64,000 bases of DNA from the human T2T-CHM13v2.0 reference genome, Homo sapiens (GCF_009914755.1 NC_060926.1), one strand, 5' to 3'; shown: positions 15,258 to 32,180, counted from the stretch's first letter. A program made the numbers and translations. The notes: a model not told the origin generated them from the sequence alone.

Positions 15258-17190
15258 TTCTTCTAGCATTACTCGTTGGTGGCTTCAGAGACAGTGCTGC
15301 CTCCTCCTGAGGGAGGGAAGGTACCAGGGAGAACCTGGGAGGTCCTGGAGAGGGCCCTGTCCAGTTGGGTGATCAGGAATCAAACCAGCATCGGAAAGAC
15401 TTCCCAGCACCAAGCTTGAGCTGTGTCGTTTCGTGGAGGGGGCAGCGAGGATGGGCTTGAGCTGTTGAGAGATTTCTGCCCTAGAGATGGCCTTTGTATA
15501 TGGGGGGGTGGTGGGGGGACACAAACACATCAGACACTCCGTCCTCACACTGGCAGGACGGTGTTCATCGCATTCTCTTCTGTGACCAGCCTCTAGGCTA
15601 GCGGCTGCATTCGTGGTCTGTGCAAACACTTCGTGGTTCTATATATCAGCAGCAAGTGTGCAAAATAAAGGACCTGTTAACTCAGATTTCTGGATATTTT
15701 GGTGGTAGCTTCTAGTCCCAGAATCTGTGTTTTTAAAATACTACATGACATTCTGTCTATTCAATCACCTGGTGGTCATCTTTCTTGTACTAATTAACTG
15801 TTGATGAGCATTTTGGATATTCTAGGAGAAAGCCTATAATTTCACATAGTTTCTCTTTTTCATGTAACTGTAACCTAAATGTATTACTTCTGATAAAACT
15901 ATATATCAAATGTCACTGCAAATTAGTTTTATATCTGTCATGTGAGATTTGTCTTACTTATTTTTCTTTTGGTTGCCATGGAAGTTATGGCCCTGAAAAT
16001 CGTCTCCCTCCCCTTCTCTTGCTGTACAGCATGCGTTCTCTTTTTGTGGTTGCTGGCTGGGTACTGTATTTAATGAAGTAGAGAATAGCACTTGCAAAAA
16101 TACAGTCTTGGTACCTAGAGACTGTCATGCAGATAGTATAATTTGGTATATGTGCTAATGCATTGAGTAGAGGATTATTTTAACACACTATTTTGCTTTT
16201 GTATTTTAGTTAAAATAATCGATGGGGATGTGTAGCCCCCCCGTGTGAGGATGACATCACCACATTTCTAGTTTCATGGAGCTCAAGATGTCTTGTGTCT
16301 GTGTGGCTAGATGGCCTCTGCTTGGTAATCTTATTTTTAGGCCTAAAATTCCCACTTAAATCCAAAGTAAAAATGGTTATACTGAAGCATAAACCTTGCC
16401 TGTGTAATTTTAAAAAATTAATAGAGCTGTGCAAACCCTGTTATTTTTGTAAAAAAAAAAAAAAATACATATCTATATATAATATGTGTGTGTGTGTGAC
16501 ATATGCACACGTCTCTGTGTATGTGAAGTAGGGGAGGCCCTGGGGGATGACCTCCCAGCCTTTATGATGCTTTTCTCTATGCTGCTGGACTTCATTCTTA
16601 CTGGTCCACGCAGATGCAGGCGGCCTGAGGCCAGTGCTGTACCAAGTAGAAGACGGTTCCTAAGGACAGAGTTTGTCTGTTTTCTAACAAAGAAAAATTC
16701 TACAAAGGAGAGGTTGGGCGTTACAAAGGCATTGTGAATCTAATAAAAGGAAAGTGTCGCTTTCTGTGGCGTTTTCTTTCATTTTCTCCCGCTGAGGCAT
16801 TTCAGTCTAATTTCATGTGGTTTTGTGCTGTCTCAGCTCTAATGTTTGCAGCCTGCTGAGCCTAACAAGGCAGTGGTCTCAAGAACATTCTTTGTGCCTT
16901 TTTAAAGTACTCCATTTTATTTTTATGATAGTTATGTATTTATTTCACAGATATATTTAAGTACCCACTTTGTGTCAGGTACAGTACAAGCAATGAAGAT
17001 AAAACAGAAACCAAAACACACTCCCTTACAGGGAAAACTGACACCACGTTGCCACAAAATGTTGAGTATAGTCAACTCTGCTGTGTGGATCGGAGGGCCT
17101 GCATTTATCCTACAAATAATTGAATGTAATCCTACATTCATGTATTCATTGGCAGTACGGAGTAATAAATGCAGCAATGTCATAAAGTGT
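15258..17190 (+). other. RAB3GAP1: RAB3GAP1 3'UTR (end inferred)
   Basis: Follows stop codon; AATAAA at 15664, 16742 and 17164. Confidence 0.7.
17164..17169 (+). terminator. Probable distal polyadenylation signal of RAB3GAP1
   Basis: AATAAA followed about 20 nt later by GT-rich gtgttgtaggagtttc. Confidence 0.6.
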
Positions 17191-18610
17191 TGTAGGAGTT
17201 TCTTCACCCAGGCTTTGAGGATCAGGAAAATTACCCCAGAGGGTGTGATTTTGGGATTGAGACCAGAAGCTGAGTAGGCACTGGGGAAAGCATGGGGGGC
17301 GTATGGGAAATGGCTTGCAGAGAACCAGGCATTCCTCCAGCCCTGTGTGCAATGAAATCATGATTTTCATTGTGAAGTGCTTTATTTCTCCACCTCTTCA
17401 ATCTGGTCTCGGCCATGTCTTTCTTTGGTCAACAGACAGAGACTTGACAAGTCCTTGCACATTGGGGCTTGCCCTCCCTTCTTGCCAGGAGCCTTGAAGC
17501 CACTGTGAAGAAGGCCACTCTAGGGTGAGAGTTGGGGCAAAAGGTAACTGACAGGAGGGGGCAGAAAGCGTATTACAAGCAGAGGAACGGAATGGGCAAA
17601 ATCCCAGAAATAAGGGAAAATGTCTATTTGGGGGGCAGCCAACATTTCTATTTGGCTGAAGTGTGGTATCTAGAGTGGGAAGGGGCAAGAAATGAAGATG
17701 GTGAGGTGAACTAAGGCAAGACCAAGAAGTTCGGGGGAAGCCGCAGCTACAAGTTAGGGCTTTGCCTTTGGGGCGGTAGTGAGTCACTGAAGGGTTTTGT
17801 GCAGGGGAGTGACATGGTGGGTTTTAGAAAGGCCACACTCTGGCAGGAGAGGAGATGCTAAGAAAGTATACAGCTGTCGTATATCTTGAGCTAAACTGTC
17901 TGCTCCTTAGAAGAAAGGTGGCAATTACAACTGCAATGTGTTTTTTAATCCACCTGTGTGCCTGAGACCGTGCTCCTAAGAGGTGCACATGCTTGTGAAA
18001 TGGCCTCTCCAGGGCCCTCCTACCCCCATACATTCCTATACCACTGTAATAATTCAGATTTTTCTTCAAGTTGGGGTATTTTAAAACCCTAAGCATTTAT
18101 GTTTATATTTCATTCATTAGTCCAGCAAATGTTTATTGAGTACCTGCTATGTGCCAGGTACTGTTCTAGGCATCAGGGAGACAGCAGTGACTAGAACGTG
18201 GAAGACCTGGTGCTCAGGAAGCTCACAGTGTGGGACACCAAGTGTCAGCAGTGGGTCTAGGAAGGGAGTCTGTCTTCTAGGAGGTTTGATAAGGGAGGGG
18301 CTTACGAGGCAGTGACACTTGGGCAGAGACTGAAGTGAGGAAGCAGTCCTGTATATAGATGACTAGGAGAAGACTGCAGACAGGGATTGGCCAATGAAAA
18401 GCCTGAGGCAGGAGTGTACCCGGCACGTGGGAAGCACAGAAGGAAGGCCACTGTGGCTGAAGGGGAGTGAGGGGAAGAGGGGCAGGAAAGAAAGTTGCAC
18501 ACGTGCAAGGGCCAGATGTGTAAAGCTGTAGGAGTTGAGATTTGTTTTCTTGATTAAGAAGGGAAGCCATTGGAGAGTTTGAACCAGGGAATGTCATGAT
18601 GTGACATTTA

Positions 18611-19047
<437 letters not shown>

Positions 19048-19265
19048 TCAGATTTGATACAGATCTTGAAGGCAGAATGTGCAGAATTTACAAATGGATT
19101 CAGTGAGGGTCTGAGAGTCAAGGATGACTTGAAGGTTTGGGACCTGAGTGAATGATGCTGTCATTTACTACGATGGAGAAGACAGGGAAGAGCAAGTTGT
19201 GGGGCTGCTGCGAGTGATGAATTTGAGCTTGGGCCATGTTAATTTTTAGAGGTTTATTAGATGGC

Positions 19266-19664
19266 TGTGGTGGCCAGCCTCCTGCCTCCAACTCACACAC
19301 CCTGTGAAGTCCCCCAGACCCACACCCATTGTACCAGGGTTAGTCTCTGAACAACAGAACATGGAGGAAGTGTTGGTATGTCACTCCCAAGGTTGGTTAT
19401 AGGAGCCATTGCAACTTCTATTTTGGTTCGTAAAGAGAGGCCCACATGGTGCGGAATGGAAGGTCCCTGCCAACAGCCACATGAGTAAGCTTGGAAGTGG
19501 ATCCTCCTGGCCTGCAGGTAACTGCAGCCTCAGGAGGGACCTTGGGCCTGGACCACCAGCTAAGCCACTCCCAGATGACTGACCCTCAGAAACTGTGTAA
19601 GATGCTTATTTTTAAACTGCTAAATTTGGGGGTAATTTATTATGCAGCAATAGATAACTAATAC
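19266..19664 (+). mobile_element. MLT1 (MaLR) LTR
   Basis: Starts tgtgg; ends ctaaatttgggggtaatttattatgcagcaatagataactaatac, a typical MLT1 end. Confidence 0.8.
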
Positions 19665-20313
19665 CCAAGCGGTTGGCTATATAAGTTTGGAGCTTAAGGA
19701 AAGGGTTAGGGCTTATAATATAATAAATTGGGAAACATAGATAGTACTTAAGCCATGGACAGTATGAGGTCACCCAAGCAGAAGAGGTCTGGGGATTGAG
19801 CGAGAAAGGAAGAGGAGGACAAAGACTGGCAGAAAAGATGAAGAAATAGTTACTAAGGCAGAAGGAAAACCAAACGTGTGATGTCTTAGAAGCTAAGAAA
19901 AAACATACTTCAAGAGGGTGGGAATTGATCAATTGTGTCAAATGCCACTGAGATGACAAGTAAGATGAGGACTAAGAGGCGACTGTTGTGTCTGTCTATG
20001 CAGAGGAGCAAATGCATTCAGAGAGAGGCAAATACTTCTTACTGGGAAAGAATAGAGAAGGGGCTGCCTCGAGGGCAGTCTGGGAAGGTCAGTACCCCTT
20101 TGCTAGCAGGGTGGGTGCACTTAAAACTTCTGCCCCAAACCAGGTGGGGTTTGGGTTTCTTGCATTGCTCCTTGCCAGGCATTGGTGGGCAGGATGTGGA
20201 AGGGGAGAAGGTCATGAAGCAGCTGCCAATTTGCCTCAGTCCAACAGGTGGCCCGTCTACTGTCCTGGCCCCTACTGCCAGCTCCTCTCTTCTGGGCACA
20301 CTGTAACAGATAG

Positions 20314-20354
20314 GGGTGGGTGGGTGGATGGATGGATGGTTGGATGGATGGATG
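20314..20354. repeat. (TGGG/TGGA)n microsatellite
   Basis: gggtgggtgggtggatggatggatggttggatggatggatg. Confidence 0.9.
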
Positions 20355-22824
20355 CCTCGATGCCTCTATGGCAAAAGAGGCCCCACTCTTGTGTTTAAAT
20401 CTTCTGGCCTCTAATTTACGGTCATCTGGCATCATGAGACTAAGTTTGAGAATATTAGCTCCTGGAAGCCCAGGGACTCTGCCGCTGGCATTTCTTTGGC
20501 TCTCAAAAGTGGAACTTGGCTAGTTCTTGTAGCACAAACTCAAGCTACTTCATCTAAGCACAACTTCTCTGCCAGCTCCTCCCCTGGAAGCTTGTGATGT
20601 CTGACAGGTGGTCATGGATAGATCCCTCCAAAGTGGAAAGTCCCCCCTCTTGCAGGGAGCGTTCTTGGCCTTAGCTTAGCAGCCAAGGATGCAGCTGAAC
20701 CAGAAGACCCCCAACTTGGGACCCCATCCGGAGAGGGTGGCGACATGGCCCAGCCCCTCAGGGTTGGGGCCCTGCCACCAGCCCACCACAAGCCCCATGA
20801 CAGGAGCGCTGTGTGACCTGTGCTCTGGAATGGCCCCTCCTCTTCAGCATGTGCCCCAAAATGGGATGGTGTCCCAGGAGGCAGTCTCCGTCCCTCACTC
20901 ATCCAGGAGTCTCCCAGCCTGCCTGTGTGCTGGGCCAGGGCCTTGCCTTAAAACAGCCTCCTCTACAGACACCTTTGCTTCCATTAAACTTTGCTTCAGA
21001 AAGGTGGCCTCGGCTGTGGCCAGATGGGACACCATCAAAGCTCTTCCAAAGCCCCCCCAGCCACAGGACGATTTGAGTAAATAATGACTTGTCCATGCTG
21101 TTTGTTCACATTCCTCTTTCTCAGCCCTATTTTGGCCCAAAACACTATTTTTGCCCATGTTACATAACGAGGGAACTGCATTCTTAGTAACCCACTGTCA
21201 CTCTGCTGTGTTATCTTGCCTATATGAAAAAATGAAATATTTTTAGAGTGTGAATTTCCCAAACGTCCTCAACTATTCTGGGACTGAAGTCACAACATCA
21301 CGAAGGGAGTGCGACGGTGGGAGGCCCAGCCTCCTCTGTGGCTGTGGCTGTGGCTGAGTCCCACCCAAGGGCTTCCGTTGCCACTGAGGCTGGGTTGGGA
21401 CGTGCCCTATCCTGCCCTGTCCCAGTGGCAAGTGGCTGTCTCTGCACAGGGCTTTCCACTGTCAGCAGTGGACTCCGCAGCCTAGGAATACTCTTCATTG
21501 ATTTTCTTGACTCCTGTTGTTACTTTGGGGAAAAAAACACAAGCAATGGCCTGTCCTCTTAGGGACTCAAGTAGGAGGCTGAAATCCCCATTGGGGGTTA
21601 GTCCAGGTGAGCAAATTACCCTGAATAAGTGTGTAGGCTCCCTCCCTGCCACCGAGGGACATGGTAAGAAGGCTTCCCCAACACAGGTGTTAGCAGGGTT
21701 AATGCTGTCCCATCAGTAAAGCAAACCTGTCCAAAACGCTCAGGGGTTTCAGGCCTTGCCATCTGGCTGGGGAGCCAGACATGTTTCTTTTGTGTGTTTA
21801 TCAGCTCCCCAGGTGTGTCCTGGTAGACAACTGCTCCCAGGAGCTGGCATAGAAGCAAACCTGCAGGAAAAGCCAACCCACTCCAGGTGTGTGGAAGCTG
21901 CTGGCAGGAACCCAGCAAGGATCCAGCTGGGTTGTAATGGAAACAATGCAACCAACAATCCTTGAGCGAGCCGGGATAGATGTGGCCTCATCACTGAAGA
22001 TTTCATCTGAGACCTCTGCAAATATCCAAATTGTATATGCTCTTAGAGCAGATCATTTTCTCACAGGTAAATAAAAATCTATGTTAAGTAGAAATTATGA
22101 GTGGCCCGTTCCCCTGCTACCCACTTAACTTTTCCTTTCTTCTGTGTGTTCAGACGGAGAGAAAAGACAAAAGCTATGTTGGGTCACTTCTCAGGACAGA
22201 ACTTGGCAAAGTGGCCATAGAGCTAATTTAGGGGATACATTTTCAATTAGGAGATAGGTTTTCAAATTTGAATCCTAGGTTTTCAAATTCGAACTCTATC
22301 AGACGTGGTAGAGAGCTACTGATAAATTTGGCAAAAGATATGCAAGGTTTCCAGAGAGAAAATCATGAACCTTTATTGAAAAAGAATTAAAAGACATTTA
22401 AGTTGATAATGTCAATATTGCCATTGTTATATTATTTTGGTAACATACCATTGTTCTTGTACAGAAAGATAAGGTACCACAAAGATGTCCATTCTCCCCA
22501 CAATGACATATGATTCCAAACAAAATCCCCAAAATACGGTTTTTGGTGTTTTTTGGTGGAATTAGAATAGTTGAATCTGAATTGTATATAGAAGTGCAAA
22601 AGGCCATGAACAACCAAGCAATTCTTGAAGAATAAGGTCATGGATATTGCTCTATAAGATAGACTTACTGTAATGCTATACTATAAAAGTATGGTACTAC
22701 CCTATGATCCAACCGTCCCCCTACAGGTTGTCTAACCAAAGGAAAGGAAATCAGCATATCAAAGAGATATCTGCACTCCCATGTTGATTGCAGCACTGTT
22801 CACAACAGCCAAGATGTGGAATCA

Positions 22825-23206
<382 letters not shown>

Positions 23207-23614
23207 GGTGCACATACACAATGGAATACTATTCAGTGATTAAAAAAAAGAATGAAGTCCTGTGATTTGCGACAACATAGATGAACAGAGAGGATATAAT
23301 GTTAAGTGAATAAGCCAGGCACAGAAGAATGAATACTGCATGTTCTCACTCATATCAGGTATCTGAAGAAGTTGGTATCATAGAAGTAGAGAGTAGAATA
23401 GTAGTTACCAGAGGCCGGGGAGGTGGTGGGGGATAGCGGGAAATGGGAAGAAGTTGGTTAATGGGTACAAAGTTACAGTTAAATACGAGAAATAAGTTCT
23501 GGTGTTTTATTGCACAGTAGGGTGACTATAGTTAACAATACTGTATTGTTTATTTCCAAATAACTAGAAGAGAGGATTTTGAATATTCTTACCACAAAGA
23601 AATGACAAGTGTTT

Positions 23615-24633
23615 TATTGGGGGAACCCGCCCCCAGTATTTCAACATAGGTTCTTTCTATTTTCCATAAGTGTCGGCCAGCTGAGAAATAAAGAGAAAGA
23701 GTACAAAGAGAGGAATTTTACAGCTGGGCCACCAGGGATGACATCACGTATCAGTAGGACCGTGATGCCCACCTGAGTATCAGACCAGCAAGTTTTTATT
23801 AAGGGTTTCAAAAGGAGAAGGGGTGTGAGAACAGGGAGTAGGTACAAAGATCACATGCTTCCAAGGGCAAAAAGCAGACCTACTAATAAGGGTCTAACAA
23901 AGATCACAAGACAGAGGGCAAAAGCAGAACTACTGATAAGGGTCTGTGTTCAGCAGTGCACGTATTGTCTTGATAAACATCTTAAATAACAGAAAACAGG
24001 GTTCAAGAGCAGAGAACCGGTCTGACCACAGATTTACCAGGGCGGATTTTTTCCCCACCCTAGTAAGCCTGAGGGTACTGCAGGAGACCAGGGAGTATCT
24101 CAGTCCTTATCTCAACTGCATAAGACAGACATTCCCAGAGTGGCCGTTTATAGGCCTCCCCCCAGGAATGCATTCCTTTCCCAGGGTATTAAAATTAATA
24201 TTCCTTGCTAGGAAAAGAATTTAGTGATATCTCTCCTACTTCCACGTCCGTTTATAGGCTCTCTGCAAGAAGAAAAATATGGCTCTTTTTGCCCGACCCC
24301 ACAGGCAGTCAGACCTTATGGTCGTCTTCCCTTGTTCCCTAAAAATCGCTGTTATTCTGTTCTTTTTCAAGGTGCACTGATTTCATATTGTTCAAACACA
24401 CGTTTTACAATCAATTTGTACAGTTAACACAATTATCACAGTGGTCCTGAGGTGATGTACATCCTCAGCTTACGAAGATAACAGTATTAAGAGATTAAAG
24501 TAAAGACAGGCATAAGAAATTATAAAAGTATTATTTGGGAACTGATAAATGTCCATGAAATCTTTACAATTTATGTTCCTCTGCCACGGCTCCATCCGGT
24601 CCCTCCATTCAGGGTCCCTGACTTCCCGCAACA
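23615..24633 (-). mobile_element. MER11 (HERV-K11/HML-8) solo LTR
   Basis: Minus strand starts TGTTGCGGGAAGTCAGGGACCC and ends GGTTCCCCCAATA; 1019 bp; 6-bp TSD gtgttt at 23609-23614 and 24634-24639. Confidence 0.9.
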
Positions 24634-24755
24634 GTGTTTGAGGTGATGGATATGCTAATTACCCTGATTTGATTATTGCACAGTCTATACTTGTATGAAA
24701 ACACTGTACCCCATAAATATGTACAATTCTTATGGTCAATTAAAAGCAAAAGTTA

Positions 24756-25308
<553 letters not shown>

Positions 25309-25751
25309 CAGCAGTTTAAAAAAAAAAAAACCGTGGCACTGACTTAAAGTAGTCCAATAGAACAGATAGAGAGTTCAGAAGCAGACTGTCCATATAAGGA
25401 AACTTGAGTTTTGATAGAGACAGCAAGGCAGATCAGTGGGAAAAGATGGAATAGTCAGTAAACCTCTCATACAAGGATGAGAGGTTATCCTTGTATCCCA
25501 AGAGGAAAAATAAAATTGGAACCCTACATCACTCCCTACTCAAAAAATCAATTTCTGGTAGACTAAATACTGTTCTGTAAAACACAAATACATAAAACAT
25601 TTAGAATACTATGTGGGAAAGTAGCTTTAAAATTCCAAAGCAAGGAGGTCTTAAATAAACACAAAAGAATATGAACCACAAAGGAAAAGATGGATACACT
25701 TGACTCCGTTAATATTAAGGACTTCTGTTTAATAAAGAAAGAACAGAATGA

Positions 25752-26166
<415 letters not shown>

Positions 26167-26555
26167 TTATAATCCCCACCTTCAATCAGTAAGAAAAGAC
26201 TAAAAACTTAATAGCAAAATACACACACACACAAAGATAGGAAGAGGTCTGTCATAGAAGAGGAAAGAGGAATGAGCAAAACACACAGGATAAGTTGTTC
26301 AACCTCATTAGTATTTTGAAAAATGCAAATCAAAATCACGAGACACCATTTCACACATACCAGATGGGCACACATTTTGAAGTTAGACAATATTCAAATG
26401 TTGACAAGGATTCTGAGCAACAGGAACTCATATTCATTGTTGGCAAGACTGCAAATTGGTGCAACTTTGGAAAATAATTTTGCATTACCTAATAAGGTTT
26501 GAACAAATACATATCCAACAACACAGTAGCTCTGCTCCTGGGATGTACTTTAGGG

Positions 26556-26710
26556 CAGTGGTCCCTAGACCAGCAGCATCAGTATCACGGGAACTTGTTA
26601 GAAATGCAAATTCTCCAGCAACTAGACCTACTGAGGCAGAAACTCTAGGGCTGGGGCCCAGCAACCTGGGTTTCAGTAAGCCCTTCAGGTGACTCTGATG
26701 CACATCCAAG
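26556..26710. mobile_element. MER5A (hAT-Charlie)
   Basis: gaccagcagcatcagtatcacgggaacttgttagaaatgcaaattctc...tgactctgatgcac. Confidence 0.85.
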
Positions 26711-27212
26711 GGTAAGAAATGTTTGCACACAGCACCAGGAGAGAAGAACAGCAATGTTCCCAACAGCACTTCTTTAGAGAAACCACAAACTGGAAACTCT
26801 GATGTCCTTCAACAGTGGAAAGGATAATTATTTTATATCAGAATAGTGAAAAGAAATGAACTACTATTATTACACTTATTGGCATGGTGAGTATCACAAA
26901 CGTAAAAGTGACTGGCAGAAGCATGTCACAGAGACATATATGCAGTATAATTTCATTATCTAAAGGTCAAAAACAAGTAACTCAACAATAACCTGTTTAG
27001 GAATATGCACATACATGGTACTCTCATGAAGAAAAGCAAAGGGCTGCTTTCCACACAATTCAGGAGAGCGGGTCTGTTTATGGGGAAGGAAAGGGAACGT
27101 ACTTGGGCAGCAGGGGACCAGGTTTAAAGGCAGAGGGAATACTCTATTTTTCAGCTAGGTGGGAGGTACACTGCTGTTCATTTTACTATTTTAAAAAAAT
27201 AGTTTATATTTA

Positions 27213-27534
<322 letters not shown>

Positions 27535-30500
27535 CTATCCTAATGTGGGACTAAAAGTTTCCATCACAGAAGATGCAGGATTGCATTATCAAGTGGTCAA
27601 TGCAAAGGCTGCAGCCAGTCCGCCGAGCCTGAGGCCTGAGTCTGAGGGTCCAGCTGGGAGCCCCCAGCTGGTCTGGCTTATGCAGACTGGCAGCAGCTTG
27701 CATAGTGATGGGGACAATTCTGGATCTTACGGCCGGGTTTGAAGGGATGAGTTAGGGAGGATAAGGGAGTGTGGAGTCCCACTTCTGCCTCTCCACCCCG
27801 GGCCTCAGTGGGGCCTTCTCTTTTGCCACCTGACCTCGCCGGCCCCTCCATGTCTCCTCTTCTCCCAGTAGGATAAGAGCTTTAGCCAGGGCCTGAGTGG
27901 AGGACGGAAGCCAATTTCCAATTTATGAGAACCTTTATAATAGTGCAGTTTTATTGTGTATGTCTTATGTATATCTTTATGTGTGTGGGTACACACAACA
28001 AAAAAAGGATATTTATGGTTGTGAGTGGTAATTTTTAAAAACTATTTCATTTACATGAGCATTTAGGAAAGTCATCTATCTTTATAAAAAATCCTTTTAA
28101 CAAATATTTCCCTAAAATAATGACAGATGGTCAGTAAGTCATTCAGTCACATGACAGAGATTTAGCCTCTCAGTGATCAAACCCAGCACTCTGGCGGCTG
28201 CGTGTAAGGGGGTTTAGGGAAGGCCAGGCTGGAGGTGTGGCCATGGGAAGATGCCACCTGGGGCTGCTGCTCTCCAGGTACATGGATGCTACTGTTTCTG
28301 GGAGTCACAGGTAGGCGAGTGCTGCAGAAACACGATCATGTTCATCACTCGTTTCTCACAGGGCCTATTGGCCTGCAGTAGTGGAAAGGATAAATTTCCT
28401 CTATGCAGCCACAGCTGCATAGAGTATGGGAAAGAGCTGCAAGTCTTCTGGAGCTCAGGAAGGGTGCCCTCCTTTTGGGATCTACCCATCCTTCAAGATC
28501 GAATCCACAGGAGGTATTTATGCAAGGACTGGGGCTGACCCCACTAAGAAGGATTTAATGCATCCTCTCAACAAAAGACCTTCCCCAAGCACCCTTTTTC
28601 AACGACAGGAGGCTGGTCAGAGATCCTGCCATCTGGGCTGTTAGCAGATCTGTGTCTGAAACAAGCAGGTTTCTCAGGGAAACTTCAACCAGGCATTGTT
28701 TTTCACAGAAGGCTCACGTTTGACAGGAAAAGAATGGTATGTAAGTTCCAGGAGCACAGGGTTGGGTTCCAGGGTCAGGACAAGAAGCAGGGCACTCAGA
28801 AGAGCAAAAGGGACCGAACGCTGCAGCCCCGTTATGTTCCCGACCCTCAGAGGGATAGACCCTTCCCTGCTGCGGCTTTTAGCTCCCACCAGGTGGGAAT
28901 GTGCTGGGCAGGGAACAAAGACTGTCTGTTCAAATTGTCCCCAAACCTAGCTCTGAGCACATTTCCTGATTTGGAGGGAGGATGGGAGGAGGTGCTTCCA
29001 CTGCAGGACTTGATCTGGAAGGCTGCTTTGGACCTCCTGACTTATCCGGCCCAGGCGGCTTCAAAAACGCCAAGTTCTTACCAGGAATTACCAGCTGACT
29101 CAGTCATAGGGTTCTGGACAGCTTAGGATCCTCCAACCCTCGATTTCTTGATTTCAGCAGGAAGATAGTTCTTTTGTTACCCTTCTCTAAAAGAATGGAA
29201 AATGTAACACTGCGTTTCCATGGAGGCCTCTAAAGAAAGATCATTCTCCTTTAGAAGAGCATCCAAGAAATTATACTCAAAACAAATCTTCTTTTGGCAG
29301 GACACCATTTAATCAGCTGAAAGATATTTATACCTGTGCTTGTAATTCTATGGCTTGTCGTGGGAAGGGAGAAGAGGAAGTTAGGAATCAAATGCTCCCT
29401 CATTTTTCAGAGGAATGATTGGAAGACTCTGGGAAAACATCCTAAATTGTTAGGTTTGATATTCAGCCATCTTAAGTTCACTAGAAACAATAGTTTTCTT
29501 GTTAATAAAAATAACCATAAAAATAGAATAACAATAAGTAAGGGCAGAGATCATGTCAATTAACTGTGAGGATGTATTTGGTCCCTCCGTTAATCAGACT
29601 GATAAAACAGCCCATAGAGCAGATGCCTTAGCAGGAATTGTATACATTCTCACTGAGCACTGGAATTGGTGTTTTTTTCCTCAGCTATCCTGATTTGCTT
29701 CCTTTTGAAGATCCATGTGCTCTTCAGCCTTCCAGCAATACACCTATCAAAATGTTACCTGTTAGGTCCAAAAGCCTGGCCCATGGCTGCTCAGAATCAA
29801 GAGCGTTTGTGGGAGGTGGGAGTAGGATGCTGGATGAAAAGTTTACCCATAAAATACTCGCATGGGCTCCAAAATGATGCCCCCCAGCAGGCCTGGAAGC
29901 CAGCAACACCCAAGGACACCTGCACTTCCCAAGGTTGAGCACGCTCAGCTTGTTAAACACGAGGACACACAGAACTAAGTATAAACCCACCAGGGTTCCT
30001 TTGGGATATTTCCATGCACCAAGTATTTCTGAACAGAGTAAGCCAGCAAATGTCTCAATTCTTCCAGTGGCAAAATGAGGATATGATATCTGCCTTTTAT
30101 TTGCCACAGAACACCTAAGATTCAGAACTGATTTTCAGCAAAACTACACAATGGGTGAAGCATGTATTTGAAATCCTGCCATTTCAAACTAATCATCCAA
30201 TTTACCAATTGGTCAGGCCCACTCCTCAGACACCCCCACTTATGAGCCACCCCCCATTACACTTAATATGGCAGAGCCTTCATGCTAGCTAATCTAATGA
30301 ATTACTTCATGCCTGCCCAGAGGAGGCCAGCTGTGACTGTCAGGATACATTGTGCCACGGATGGGCAAGCCTCTGAATCTGCTAGATGGAACATTCTTGA
30401 GGGGCAGGAGCCATGTTTTATTTACACTGCTCTTTAACCCACTTAAATGATATACAATATATGACTAATTAATTGAGCATGCACATGAGTCTATAGAGAA

Positions 30501-30557
30501 GTATATTTCCTATAATTCCTTTTAGCTAAGCTAGGTGGCATTTCTGTTATGAAATAG

Positions 30558-31703
<1,146 letters not shown>

Positions 31704-32180
31704 TGCTATCCAGTTTAGCTTCTTTTTGACCTTCTTGTAAGTGAAATCACAGTGTATGTATTGGTCCTGATTTGTGTTGTACTTTGTATATGTGACATCA
31801 CCATGTTGATACACATAACTTCATTAATTTTCATAGCTATATAGTATTTTATTATGTGAATATATCCAATTTATCCATTCTTCTGTTATGAACACTTGGG
31901 TTCGTAACAGACTTTTTCCTGTTACAAACAGTGCTCTCTAAGCAACCCGGGGAGTGTCGCCTCCATCACATGCAGTTTCTCTAGTGTGTACATTCAGTGA
32001 AGGATCTGCACCTTTGACTTCATTTGATAATGTCCAGTTGTTTCCCAAAGTGGCTGAACTAATTTACAGTCCAACTAGTTCTGGATGAGGGTTCGTTTTA
32101 GTCTATATCCTTACAGGCTCTTGGGTGTTGTTGACAAAGACAATATTTTTTTTCTTTTACCAAAAATTTGATGATTGTAA

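Noticed and set aside
23864-23945. Repeated gggcaaaagcaga..tact.ataagggtct units resembling a CRISPR-like array
   Set aside because: Internal repeats of the MER11 LTR; only two units; eukaryotic context.
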